NCBI GenBank assembly: GCA_051294905.1
Contig: CM119371.1
Location: 4,590,001 to 4,654,000 of the forward strand
Length of the DNA: 64,000 bases
Direction of reading: 5' to 3'
Source: Botryllus schlosseri
Lineage: Eukaryota
Below are positions 1 through 11,435 of the stretch, piece after piece. The position numbers and the translations under genes were made by a program. Within the stretch, counting starts at the first letter, position 1; each line of letters opens with the position of its first letter. The notes beneath the pieces are model-generated. The model made no database searches. It was not told where the DNA came from and saw nothing but the letters and a program-made list of their open reading frames with translations.

Positions 1-73
1 ATGCCTTGACTGGCTGCACAAGATGTTGTCTCGGGCCGCACGTGGCCCGCGGACCGTAGTTTGCCCACCCCTG
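1..73. mobile_element. Right end of a hAT (Charlie-like) MITE
   Basis: GGGCCGCA...TGGCCCGCGGACCGTAGTTTGCCCACCCCTG, a typical hAT MITE terminus; the other end lies outside the window. Confidence 0.6.
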
Positions 74-1347
74 GTCTAGCATATTCCAAACTTTGCGCAC
101 AAATGCAGTGCGTTTGAGAGAGACGGGGACTGAGACTGCAATTTAATATCTTCAGAGGTTTGGGACCAAAATTAAACAGCTTTGAACGAATTCCCCTTGA
201 GACCCTACTTGTTTTTATATTTTGATATGTGTTTGAGCAATATTGTAATGCTTGACTCATACCAGGTCATTAAGCAAGTTTTCACTCAATTTAACCTTTG
301 ACCCTACGCCGTAAGGTCTTAAATGTCACTTTGACATATAGACTATCAGACAAGCTACCGAGAAATCCAAGTGACAAATCTCAACTGTCTTCCAACATCA
401 GCTAAACCTTGATTAATGTATTGATAAAACAAAGTACTGTTCAGACCCGCAATGAGTGGAAAATTGTCAATTTTTAAAATGGCGTAACTTCTGTGATCCT
501 GTTTGGAATTAGCTCATCGATACAGGTGCTAAATTTCACGAGATTTAAAAAGGTAGTGATGTCGACATCGGAAGTCTAGGTTTGGGTCTTTGGGATTGTC
601 CTTTGATATCGAGGGCAGCTTTTACGATGGAGTACTGGGATCTGATTAGTGTATTAAATCTAGTGATCCCAGTCGAATATATTCCACGGTAGAAGTCTGT
701 GAACTGTGATCAACCTACAGCTTTGTTAAACAGTGCAATGAAATCCTCCACAGCCTGATACTCGATTCAAAATATATGGATATCGTTCCTAAACCTTCGG
801 ATGGCGCCAAACCTCTCAGTAACCGTGCCAGTTGCCCACTGCCCATGCATGCAGTTATTGAACATTTCGCAGTTGGATAATAGAATGTACTTTTTCGGTA
901 ATAGTATATTTAACTACCCAGAATGTATATGGATGAAAGTTGGTCTGAAATGTGCACTTCGCTCTAAATATGATGGTGAGTTTTTTTATGTGCTGGAAAA
1001 TTTGGTGAGCTTTAGGGAAACTAAGTCGTAACACACCAACTTTAACCACCACATTAGTCATCTTGGGTCTTTTACTATCATCTGAAACCTATTCTTGTCA
1101 AAATGTAATAAAAAGCAAATGAACAAATGGACAAATGGACAAATGGACAAATGAAGACAGCTATTTGGTAGCCACAGATCATAGTGATGGAGATTTGGTC
1201 AGTTGTGTTAAAGATGAATTTGAATACCATGCAACATGGCGGACCCTTACGCAAACTTGCATTCTGGTCCCAGGATTTTCGTCCAGTCTCATAAACTACA
1301 AAAATCTATCTCATTGCACGTCTGATACATCACGCGGCTGAATAGAA

Positions 1348-1490
1348 AGGTTTTGCGGGTGGCAAATCGGATTTTGCGGGTGAATAGCAGGGTTTTTCGG
1401 GTCACAAAGCGGGTTTTGCGGTTAACTATCAGGGTTTTGCGGGTCACAAAGCGGCTTTCGCGGGGGAATAGCAGGGTTTTGCGGGTGACA
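1348..1490 (+). repeat. ~21-bp minisatellite (GGGTTTTGCGGGTGAATAGCA-like)
   Basis: About 7 degenerate copies of GGGTTTTGCGGG at ~21-bp spacing; same motif as 3185-3410. Confidence 0.8.
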
Positions 1491-1639
1491 AAACTCGCAC
1501 AGTTAGAACCACTCGTATAACGGGCCGCATTTTATCAGCAAAAGACGCTGCGGGCCGCAGAACATTATTATCGTGTATTTGTGGGCTACTATTAAATTTA
1601 GGCTACTATAGACTATTTACCAGTCGTTTGCGGGCATTT

Positions 1640-2480
1640 TTATGCATTCTAAAGCATTAATGGACAACGTTCGTAAGTCTGCAGTTGCTGTATTTTGTGA
1701 GAATATGTATCTTCCAGTGGCGCAAGTCAATCCCTTCATGGAGGGTGTATTGCATTCGTTGCCAAGTCCTACATTCAAACCCTTCCAGCAGAGAACCGAA
1801 CTCTCTGTTTCGATGCGTGAGCGCGCAAATATAAAATTACGGTCGCTTTTTCGTTACGCAGGCCATGCATTATCACTTTGAGCTCTCTGTTGTTGTTTAC
1901 GAAACAAAAAGATGTGCCGCTTATCGCCTAGCGGCCATTTGCAACAGTGATCGGGCTCATTTCTGAGCAAACCAAGCAACTCTCCTCCTTTTCTTCCATG
2001 ACTGGAGCCCTGCACCAATATAGTTACATAAGTCAGCTTTGTCAAGTGGATGTTTTTAACTGGTCCCCTCCCCACGTTTGCCCTGCCAGCATTTGCTCTG
2101 GAAATATGTCCACTCAGATAAAATGCACCCAGATAATTAGCTATGTAATGTCTGTCGAGTCGGTGGATTCGTCCAATGCAAGGCTTAAGTATGTTCTGAA
2201 ACACGGCAGCGTGGTTCAGAACATGCGATAAAAGATCGACTGACATTGCTGTTACTCTTCTGGACACGGTTGAATCAGACAACTGTAGCTTCCAAATTTG
2301 TCAGGTGATGTTGTCCTTGCTGCTAAGTTCCGGAAACAGCGAATATTCGCACAGTATGTTAAGAGTTCTAATGAAATACACCGTCTCTAGCAGATTTATT
2401 GGGTTTAGCGATATTCCAAGCCATTTTTCGTTGGTAATTTTAACCAGGCCATGAAATATGGATTACTGGGCTTGACACCT
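1640..2480 (-). pseudogene. Degenerate hAT (Buster/SPIN/GTF2IRD2-like) transposase fragment
   Basis: Minus-strand translation gives MAWNIAKPNK..DGVF...LFPELSSKDNI..QLSDSTVSRRVTAMSVDL (LSxxTVxRR motif) with stops and frameshifts. Confidence 0.6.
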
Positions 2481-2656
2481 AGCTAGCAACGTTTTTCTAA
2501 GACCAGGCGATATGTGTAACTCCAGAAGAAACGACTGACCTATCGATCTCGCTTCCCATGACATGCCGCCCTATTCTTGTCGCTTTCTTTTTCTATAGCC
2601 TACTGTCTTCTTTACTTTCATTCAGTGTGCATGCCTCTTCTTTACATCGCCTAGGC

Positions 2657-3018
2657 CAGTGGTTCCCAACCTTTTTCGAACCATCGCCCCCTTTTCAAGC
2701 TTAACACCGATCATCGCCCCCCCCCCAGATTTTGTGTACCGAAAAATGGGCATACAAACTGTAATCACCGGCGGGTTGGCTAAAAAAAAAAGTCATATTT
2801 TTCCGCTCAGAGCTCAAAATAACGTTTTTCTCTCCGCATTGCTAGGTGGATGACTAAAAAAAAAAAAGTCAGTCGTTTTGGCGCGTCATCGCCCCCCTAT
2901 CGCCCCCTTGGCTAATTTCGCCCCCTGTCGCCCCCTTTGTCCATTTTCGCCCCCCTATCGCCCCCTTCGTCATTTTCGCCCCCCTGGACCGCCAAATCGC
3001 CCACGTTGGGAACCACTG
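2657..3018. mobile_element. hAT MITE
   Basis: TIRs CAGTGGTTCCCAAC / GTTGGGAACCACTG, perfect 8-bp TSD GCCTAGGC, subterminal TCGCCCCC repeats. Confidence 0.9.
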
Positions 3019-3184
3019 GCCTAGGCCAAGGTGGGTGTCTGATTCCATAGACAAATCCAAGTCGCTTCGATATCTTCCTGTCTATTCATTGTATCGCATT
3101 TTTTGTGGTGTATTGAACTGATAAAATCTGTAATAAACCAATGATGATGATGAAATTGGATTATCTAACAGATGTTTGCCGATG

Positions 3185-3410
3185 GCTTTTGCGGGGGAAT
3201 AGCAGGGTATTCACCAGCAAAACCCTGCTGGTTAACCGCAAAACCCACTTCGTCACCCGCAAAACCCTGGCATTCCTCCGCAAACCCTGCTATTCACCCG
3301 CCAAAGCCACTTTGTCACCCGCAAAACCCTGCGTTTATCCGCAAAACCCTGCTACTCACGCTGCGGGTTTGGCGGGTTTCACAGGTTTTGTGGGTTTTGC
3401 GGGTTTTACA
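3185..3410. repeat. ~21-bp minisatellite in both orientations (CCCGCAAAACCC / GGTTTTGCGGG)
   Basis: Inverted and direct copies of the 1348-1490 motif; probably a subterminal-repeat relic of a DNA transposon. Confidence 0.7.
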
Positions 3411-5068
3411 GTGTCCCATCTAGTTTTAGTTTTTAGTTAGATCCAATTCATGAGCATGAATACCAAGAAGTTATGATGTTGATTTTAATTTAATTTCGCA
3501 ACTGTTGCGAATTTGATAATTCCAATTTAATTTGTAAAAAAATCTTTAGCTATAATTCTAATTCTAGTCTAATCTGAAAAAAAAGTTGAAAATGTTCTAG
3601 TTCTGCTACAGTCCAGTGTATATGATCTAGTTTTACCACTGCTTCTTCGTCATGGGGTAGCGTGAAAGATTCCAATGGCGAAAAATCTTCTTGAGGTAGA
3701 ATCAATTGAGTCGAGCTTTACCATCAAAGCATTTATTACGAGCAATGATCGTTACCTAATCAATGTGTCGTATCTACCATATACACCAGTACTTCATAGA
3801 TTTTGGCCTGTAAATACCCTTATAAGATGGATTCTTCAACGCTAAATGAATTTGAATTGTTCTGAAACTTGTTGTGAAAGTCTTCAACTTCGGCAATCGT
3901 CCTAATATTATTTTAATTTTAAATGTCATCACTGTATCGTAACATGCATCACATTACCAATGTTTGAATTTGTCTGATCACCAGACGTAGGACCAAACAG
4001 AAAATATCCCTGACTCAAGTATGTTGGTAAATGTCTATAGTTGTTAGCAGACCTGGACAACCTGATCTAGTTAAATTAGACTAATTGGAGCAAAATGTCA
4101 GTAATCTAATGCCAATCCAACTTGTGCAGCGAAATGTTTCGTTCCTCTAATAATGAAAGGAACTTGATTCAATTTCAAGTTTTCGCCGATTCAGATAATT
4201 GTAATCTAATTTGGAAAGACCTGTTTATCATAGCTTCAATTCTATTCGAGTCTAATTTGGAAAAATGGTGATTGGCGGATTGTTTCGGGAGGGTGAAAAA
4301 GCAATATCGAGGAAAATAAATTTTATAATGCTGAAGTCGAATTAATGCATCCCTAAGTTAAATCAAGATCAATTCATCGGCCAATGATGGATGATATTAG
4401 CTATTTTCTATTTTGGCATTTAATGCTTAACATCGATATGCTTTAAACTGCTAGTGGAAGCAAATGCAATATATCTATCTTCTCATCGTTTTAATTGATC
4501 AAAACTGGATATACTGATTATTCCATTGCTGATATCCGACTGCATTAAACAAGAAGACCTGCATCTCGAATCTTGATAATTGATTCAGAATCTAAACTTG
4601 ATATAACAATAGTTCTCTTGACCAGTGGTTCCCAACCATTTTCGGTGGCAGGGCCAATTTTAGAATTTAAGAGTACGGCCGGGGCCGCACGAATAGCCTA
4701 CCTAGGCAATGAAAGGAACCCAAAATAGTCACCAAAATATGAAAATTGGCATTTTTCCGATCACTCGCTTGACGCCATTGGCCATTCATTGTGTTGCCGC
4801 GCTCCCGTTGTTCAGAACAATCAACCTTTGCTGGCTATTTCGGAGTAGTTTTATTGCCCTGGCGAGATTTCAATTCGCAGTTTTGGAATCAGTGCGACAC
4901 TTGCATGCTTTCGATAAACACCGACATATCAAATTATTCGGGCGCTTGGGTCGCGAGCTATAGGACTACCAATCATGCTGCTTTTTGCCGGCTAAGCAGT
5001 ACGCATCTCGCCGTATTCAATCGTGAGTCACTTGTTGCACATCTATCCGTAAATTAGTTTTCAATACC

Positions 5069-6360
5069 CAGGGCCGTAACGGCAATTCGTCAGCAACCCC
5101 CATAAAAATAAGTTTCTCTTGGGTCTCCCATAGGGTGATCAACAGAACTTCGAAGCCCCCAGACCCCCTCAAGCTAGATGGCTGTTTAACACTATTTATC
5201 ATGTAACTCGGATGTCCGTTTTAGGCAGTTCCTCTCGACTAATCGCGCCAAGCGCGAAAAATTTCTATAATTCATGATGGAATCGGTCAATATAATCGGG
5301 AATTTCATATGTATTGCTATCAATTTTTAACCTCTCTCTGCTCAGGTAATCAGATTGACCAGTTGAGCCGAGTGACTTGTGCTTGAAAAGGTAGTGTGTC
5401 ACTCAATAATAATTAAACATCTTCGGGCGTATACCCGTTGGCAGGAACGAAACAGCACTTCGTCAGGCCCCCAAAACACTTAGGTCTTGAGCTCCCATAG
5501 GGTGATAAACCGACCCCCCATGCCGTTGTTCGCTTCTGTCACGAAATCAGGATCCCCGTTCAGTGAGCCAGCATGGAGCGCGAAAATTTTCGATAGTTCA
5601 AAATAAAATAGGTCAATAAGATCAGGAATTGCATATATATATTGCTATCAATTACCGATTTACCGGTAGAGCTGAGTGAGGTGTCTTGGAAACTGTAGGG
5701 CACGTAAATAATAATTAATCATATTCGGACGGGCGGACCCGTAGGTACGACTTCGTTACATGATGTTATTTGTTATTTCGTGACCTCCAGTCTGCTATAT
5801 CAAGAATTATAGAATCGCCCAAACATACTAAACTGAAAGATGCACACGATTTCAAATTGGTAGTTCTTCACTGGCATATAATTATTCCCTGCGGGATGGT
5901 AGCCTATTTGTCTCGTGACGTTCAGATTGCCAGGACAGGAACATTTTGCGCCAGTCATTTAGGCGCCTATGGTCAATTATACCTATATGTATTTTGAATA
6001 TACATAACAAAGTGTTCGGTCAGCGTAAGGGCAGTCCTTTCGGCCAAGGTTTTGTCGCTGCCGATCGTTCTGGTACACTTCTTGGAGTCGCATGTTACAA
6101 TCGTTACATGCTGGCCTAAAACTTTATATGTCTTCGTGCGTCGTGGCGCGGTAATGGCCAACGCCGATATGCCCATTTCTATAAATCTTGCGTATTTTAT
6201 CTTGGTCGAAGAGTACCCAGTAATTAAGGTACTCGGAGACTTGAAATCGCGCGCTGCGCGAAAAATCTCTAATTTATGCTAATTCACTAAATAATTTTGG
6301 TCCCCCTTCGATCTCGCTCCCTCCAATTGGGGGGCTTGGGGTGCAGCAGTTACGGTCTGG
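5069..6360. mobile_element. Nested non-autonomous hAT element
   Basis: Termini CAGGGCCGTAAC / GTTACGGTCTGG, perfect 8-bp TSD TCAATACC; internal ~300-bp direct duplication (about 5130-5420 vs 5490-5730). Confidence 0.85.
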
Positions 6361-6458
6361 TCAATACCTATAGCTATACCTATATCTATTAGTACTGCCC
6401 GTTCAACTGGAAAGTTAGGGCACATTGCATTGAAACAGCAGTGACGTAATCTTAGCAG

Positions 6459-7634
6459 TAGGGCGATTTTTTTGACATGTCAAAAAAAGTCAAAATTAGG
6501 TCAAAATTGTAGCGTTAGGTCAAAATTTGTCAAAATTGTTTACAAAATCAGACCTTTTTTGACCTCAACATTTCGTTTGTATCTTAGATTTTGCGCTGTC
6601 TGTGAACTTATCATTTGATAATTTACAGCCTGTAGCCTATACTAGATAGGCCTACCGTTGTAAACGGCCCATCGTCTGCTCATTGTGAATCATAAACGGT
6701 CAAATGAAACAAATAGTGACATGGTTTTATGGTCAACGTACCGCAATATCCTAACTGAAGCAAGACTGCTTGGGCATCGCATGGTTCTTACATCAAGAAG
6801 CGCAAGCTGAAAAATTGTGATATAGACAACATTGTCAGAATGAAGCAACACGGTGCATCGCCAGCAAGCAGTGTGCACACAACTTCAGTGTTGTCAGCTA
6901 ACAACTGCTGCTGCTGAACGTTCTTTCTCCATTCATGGCAAGCTATACTTAGTAAAAACAGACACTTTCTACCCTAGATAGCGCAGTGGTATAATCCGCG
7001 GCTGCAACACCAATGGGTGTGGGTTCGATCCCGACCGAGGTCGACTTCATAATTCCGATAGCTAAGTGTTGGAGGTTCACCTAGGCTCCGCCTCGCCACC
7101 TCATCCGCGTAAGCGGTGTCTTACAAAAAATCCTAGAGGTGGACCATGCTATATGTTGGCAGTTACGGAAAATAATGAATAATATCGGCCTGGTGTAAAT
7201 GACCATAGTAGTTGACAAACCATGAATACCACAAAACAAACAAACAAAACAAACACTTTCTACACGAGAATGTAGGAAAGTATCTTTCGTTGTACTACAA
7301 CAAGTTTTAATTATTCCACCATAATACGTAATGTAACTACTGCAATTCTTCATAGGGCCAGATTTCGTTAAAATACTAGTTTTTTCATGTAAAAATGTGT
7401 CAGTTTTTGAGCCAAAAACGTTCTTTCAGGCCAATCTACTTTGTAAGGACAGACAGTTCCAACCAGAAATGAAGATAAGCAGTACAATTTTGACATTATG
7501 TGCGAAAACACCTAATTTGCATACGTGAGGTCAAAATTTGGTCAAATTTCAGTATTTTTAGGTCAAAAAAAGTCAAAATTTAGATTTTTTAGGTCAAAAT
7601 CATCCGTTTTTTAGGTCAAAAAAAAATCGCCCTA
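6459..7634 (+). mobile_element. Nested non-autonomous hAT element with C-terminal transposase relic
   Basis: TIRs TAGGGCGATTTTTT / AAAAAATCGCCCTA, perfect TSD CTTAGCAG, AGGTCAAAA subterminal repeats, TTAAAERSFS (hATC motif) at ~6901-6930; second copy at 52542-53395. Confidence 0.9.
6973..7252 (+). mobile_element. tRNA-derived SINE (family A)
   Basis: A-box TAGCGCAGTGG, B-box GGTTCGATCCC, (CAAA)n tail, TSD ACACTTTCTAC; absent from the paralogous host copy near 52915-52925. Confidence 0.9.
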
Positions 7635-8017
7635 CTTAGCAGTCTACTTACAAATTTCCTGCAATCCTAATTGAAAACTCCAGACTCCAATCCAAGCAAG
7701 AGTATTTTATAAATATAATTTTTTTCATAAATAGATTTCTCAATATTTTTGTGGGGGCCGCAAGAAAGCTAGCTGGGGGCCGCGGTTGGGAATCACTGCT
7801 ATTGACGATATCCGCCTACATTAAACAATAAGACTACATTACAATGTAATATAATGATTTTTACACTATCATTGATGAAGTCATGGTGATTGCTCCGTCT
7901 ACAATCTTATAATGCTCTTTGTTTAAAATAGTTCCACTCTTTCATGCATTGCAGATGTCGATAAGCGAACTAATTTTATATGCTGAAATGCTGAAACTCG
8001 GTGAGTCTTTTCCGTAG

Positions 8018-9274
8018 TGTCATAAAGAAAAGCATGATTTGGATCGAGTATCAACTATTGATCACAACTTGAAAGAACGCCAATTGGATATATATTGGAA
8101 AGCATTTACTGGGAATAGTAACCTCAAGCAACATATAAATATGAATGCTGGCATCAAAAATGTTGAATCTGATATATGTGGTGAAGCATTCACTCAGAAG
8201 GGTACCCTCGAGCGTCATATGGATGTGCATGCTGGAATAAACAATCGTGAATGTGATTTACATGGAGAAGCATTCACTAAGAAGGGTCACCTCAAGCGTC
8301 ATATGGATACGGATACTGGCATCAATAATCATGAATGTGATGTATGTGGGAAATCATTCACTAAAAAGCCTTACCTCAAGAGTCATATGGATATGCATGC
8401 TGGCATCAAAAATCATACATGTGCTATATGTGGTAAAGCATTCATACGTAAGAATCACCTCAAGCTTCATATGGATATGCATGCTGGCATCAAAAATCAT
8501 AAATGTGCTATATGTGGTAAAGCATTCACTGAGAAGAGTACCCTCAAGCGTCATATACATATGCATACTGGAACAAAAAATCATGAATGTGATGTATGTG
8601 GTAAAGCATTCACTCAGAAGGGTACCCTCAAGCTTCATATGGATGTGCATGCTGGTATACACAATAGTGAATGTGAGGTATGTGGTAAAGCATTCACTCG
8701 TAAGAGTCACCTCAAGCTTCATATGGAAATGCATGCCGGCATCAGAAATCATGTTTGTGATATATGTGGTAAAGCATTCACTCGTAGAGGTACCCTCAAT
8801 TTGCATATGGATAAGCATGCTGGAATTAAAAATCATAAATGCGCTATATGTGGTAAAGCATTCACTGAGAAAGGTTTCTTGAAACTTCATATGGATAAGC
8901 ATGCTGGCATCAAAAATCATGTTTGCGATATATGTGGGAAGGCATTCACTCGTAAGAGTCACCTCAATCGTCATATGAATATACATACTGGAATAAAAAA
9001 TCATATTTGTGATATATGTGGGAAAGCATTCACTGAGAAGGGTACCCTCAAGCTTCATATGGATATGCATGCTGGTATCAGAAATCATGTTTGTGATATA
9101 TGTGGGGAAGCATTTACTAGAAAGAGGCACCTCAAGCAACATATGGATATGCATGTTTGCATCAAAAATCGTGGTTGTGATATATTTGGGAAGGCATTTA
9201 CTCTTACGGGCAACCTCAATCATCATATGGCGGTGCATGCTGGCACCAAAATTCATTATTGTGATGTACCGTAA
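8018..9274 (+). CDS. Tandem C2H2 zinc-finger protein, terminal exon (10 canonical plus ~4 degenerate fingers)
   Basis: Open frame of 84-bp repeats CxxCGKAFxxxxxLxxHMxxH with HAGIKNH linkers; CTTTTCCGTAG acceptor at 8007-8017 is conserved in the paralog; the TTG start in the ORF track is not a real start; upstream exons not identified. Confidence 0.85.
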   Translation, partial: CHKEKHDLDRVSTIDHNLKERQLDIYWKAFTGNSNLKQHINMNAGIKNVESDICGEAFTQKGTLERHMDVHAGINNRECDLHGEAFTKKGHLKRHMDTDTGINNHECDVCGKSFTKKPYLKSHMDMHAGIKNHTCAICGKAFIRKNHLKLHMDMHAGIKNHKCAICGKAFTEKSTLKRHIHMHTGTKNHECDVCGKAFTQKGTLKLHMDVHAGIHNSECEVCGKAFTRKSHLKLHMEMHAGIRNHVCDICGKAFTRRGTLNLHMDKHAGIKNHKCAICGKAFTEKGFLKLHMDKHAGIKNHVCDICGKAFTRKSHLNRHMNIHTGIKNHICDICGKAFTEKGTLKLHMDMHAGIRNHVCDICGEAFTRKRHLKQHMDMHVCIKNRGCDIFGKAFTLTGNLNHHMAVHAGTKIHYCDVP

Positions 9275-9295
9275 TTTCCCTGTGTAAGACGCCCC
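9269..9295. mobile_element. Tc2/pogo-like transposon terminus supplying the ZNF stop codon
   Basis: TA|CCGTAATTTCCCTGTGTAAGACGCCCC; the same end is present at 62103-62130. Confidence 0.6.
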
Positions 9296-10889
9296 TGCAG
9301 TGCCTGTGACGCGATAGTTCAGACCAGTGACGATATCGTGTGCACGATCCCTATCACAGATGTGATTGCTCAGCCCAACGATTAGGCATATATCATGCGA
9401 ACCAGGCCTGTTGGAGAGTCGACTGTTTGGGTCTGTCGTTGACGCTATAAGTTAGCGAGCGTAGTTCTTAAGTCCTTTTCAAAGTGATGCTGGCTGTCGT
9501 GTGCTGTTTCAGATTGGCGCGCACGTTCCGATGTAGCATTCGCATCCGGTTCATCCGAGCTCTCATAGCGAAAGGGACATCGAACGTTTTCAATCCTTGG
9601 GGAACAATTCTGGCATGAGTTTCGGTTGACGAAATCAAAGGTACCGACCCGCAATTGACCGACTCGACCTCTACAGCATTCAATCGACCAGACTAGTGTT
9701 GACAACAAAATGCGTAGCCGCGTACGAAATACCAGCTACGGTACTGCGAGAGCACAATTCCCAGAAATCTGTTCAAAGACAGACCAGCCCGAGAATCAAA
9801 ACAAATATTACGCTGTTCACCACACCTGAAAGTAAGAGCCAGACATGCCAGACCCATACAAAGTCTGCCTTGGACATACCACAGCATGCAGATGTCCCTC
9901 AGCTATTGAGTAGTAGACGTGCACTGCGCGACTGAAGGATACGTCGATCATGCTCAGTGTACCATACTGATCGAAATATATGTACCTTTTTATTTGCCAC
10001 ACTTGTACATATTAGCGGACTAAGGGTATGTTGCTTACCACTTGAGTCGCGCATTATACTGACACAGAGGTGGTTAGTACAATTTTAGCATGACATACCT
10101 GTACAAGTGTACATATTGGTTTCCAGGAATCCTGTTTGAAGTTAGATATCCTCCCTTGGTGAGCAGTTGTGCCACTCTTGATATTTTCGAGCCACCAATG
10201 GGAAATATTGAGTTATTTCTAGCATTTTGGCTAGAAATTGTGTACAATTTGTATATTTGTTGTGTCTTAGTGTTAGTTGTGTCGTCACTTAAGTAAAAGA
10301 AAATATTTTGAGATTAATGCGTTGCCATTGTTTCGATAATGTGTTGGTGTATTTTGTTAGGCTTGGATAGCCTCGTATTTTCTTATCCTAACATTGTCTA
10401 GTACTCTAGTATGTTAGAGGCCAATAATTGTGTCAGGCAGTTCTATATCTCAATAAAGAGTATATGTTACTTTTCGACCCCGCCTATGTCATTGCAATTT
10501 TCGCGTTGGAAAATTACGTCTCAGTAAAGGAACGTATCATTGCAGTACTGTAAAAATCATCTGTCACTACTCGACTCCGTCAAGACCCATTAACACGACG
10601 ATGTTTAGCTGCTTGCTCCGTCCTGTAATCGCCCTCAACATTGAATATATTTACTACTTGTCTCTCGCTATCATGCCATGTAAGCTTACGTATCTCTCAT
10701 GCTCATTTTTGAGACACATGCAACATATTGAAGTTACTTATTCGATCAATACATGTGAATGAGCCAACAATCGTTCTATATATTCGTTGATGCTGGCAGG
10801 GTACGAACTAACGCCATATGCCGTTGCATCCGTTGAATCTCGACAGTATAGCAGTGGTTATTAGAGTACGGGCGGCATATGGTTTATAT

Positions 10890-11000
10890 CAAAGGTGTCA
10901 AACTCAATTTGCGTCGCGGGCCGGATTCGAACCTTCTCATCGCTCGTGGGCCGCACCAGTCAAATGATTTCAAAATTGTACCTCCAAATCCGTGACCTTG
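10890..11000. mobile_element. Left end of a hAT MITE (same family as 56240-57055)
   Basis: CAAAGGTGTCAAACTCAATTTGCGTCGCGGGCCGGATTC, nearly identical to the start of the 56240 element. Confidence 0.75.
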
Positions 11001-11325
11001 TTTCTCATTCGGATACTTTATTATCACTCCTTTATGTAAAATAGTATAATACAATATATTACGGATCATGGGGTATATTCTAGTTGGAAAAATTTAATGG
11101 CCCGAATTGAATTTAGTCACTTCCCAAATTCGACTACATTGACTTGACTCGAAGACCTGTAAGACTCGATATGACTTGGGACTCGATGTTAGTGACTTGA
11201 TTTGACTCAAGTCACAATAAAAAAATGAGTGACTCGAACTTGACTCGAGTCAAAATCTGTAATGATTGGTGACTCTTTGGTAGTGACACGCTCCCAACAC
11301 TGACCCAACATGATTTTGTCCACAG

Positions 11326-11435
11326 CATGTTGGCTATCGACCCATCTCAATGACCTACCACCAAGCAAGTTGTGTCAACCCACATTTGGCAAGGCTACTC
11401 ACCTCGACAACTACCGACCACCTGCTTGCCTATCA
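11326..11435 (+). pseudogene. PLK1: PLK1-like exon E6 copy (kinase C-terminus), truncated
   Basis: cacag|MLAIDPSQ*PTTKQVVSTHIWQGYSPRQLPTTCLPI vs PLK1 MLQTDPTARPT...GYIPARLPITCL. Confidence 0.8.

Larger units (their letters stand above)
4623..7798. mobile_element. hAT MITE expanded by nested insertions
   Basis: TIRs CAGTGGTTCCCAACC / GGTTGGGAATCACTG; TSD CTCTTGAC / CTATTGAC (7/8). Confidence 0.8.

Noticed and set aside
505..535. LIDTGA aspartic-protease-like motif on + strand
   Set aside because: Isolated six-residue match next to an in-frame stop, with no other gag/pol motifs
6973..7035. Possible tRNA genes here and at 13925-13997
   Set aside because: A/B boxes are present but I see no complete cloverleaf; the first has a SINE body, tail and TSD, so both are called SINE heads
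7955..8000. Small upstream ZNF exon (gcag|ATG...|gtgagt)
   Set aside because: Would need a 17-nt intron before the 8017 acceptor; the real upstream structure cannot be resolved without transcripts
8247..9287. Long alternative-frame and antisense ORFs over both ZNF arrays (e.g. 8354-9256 -, 61135-62091 -)
   Set aside because: Shadows of the 84-bp finger repeat; no independent protein features
9305..10594. Possible solo LTR (TGTGACG...TTAACA with AATAAA)
   Set aside because: No matching TSD or second copy in the window; cannot be supported
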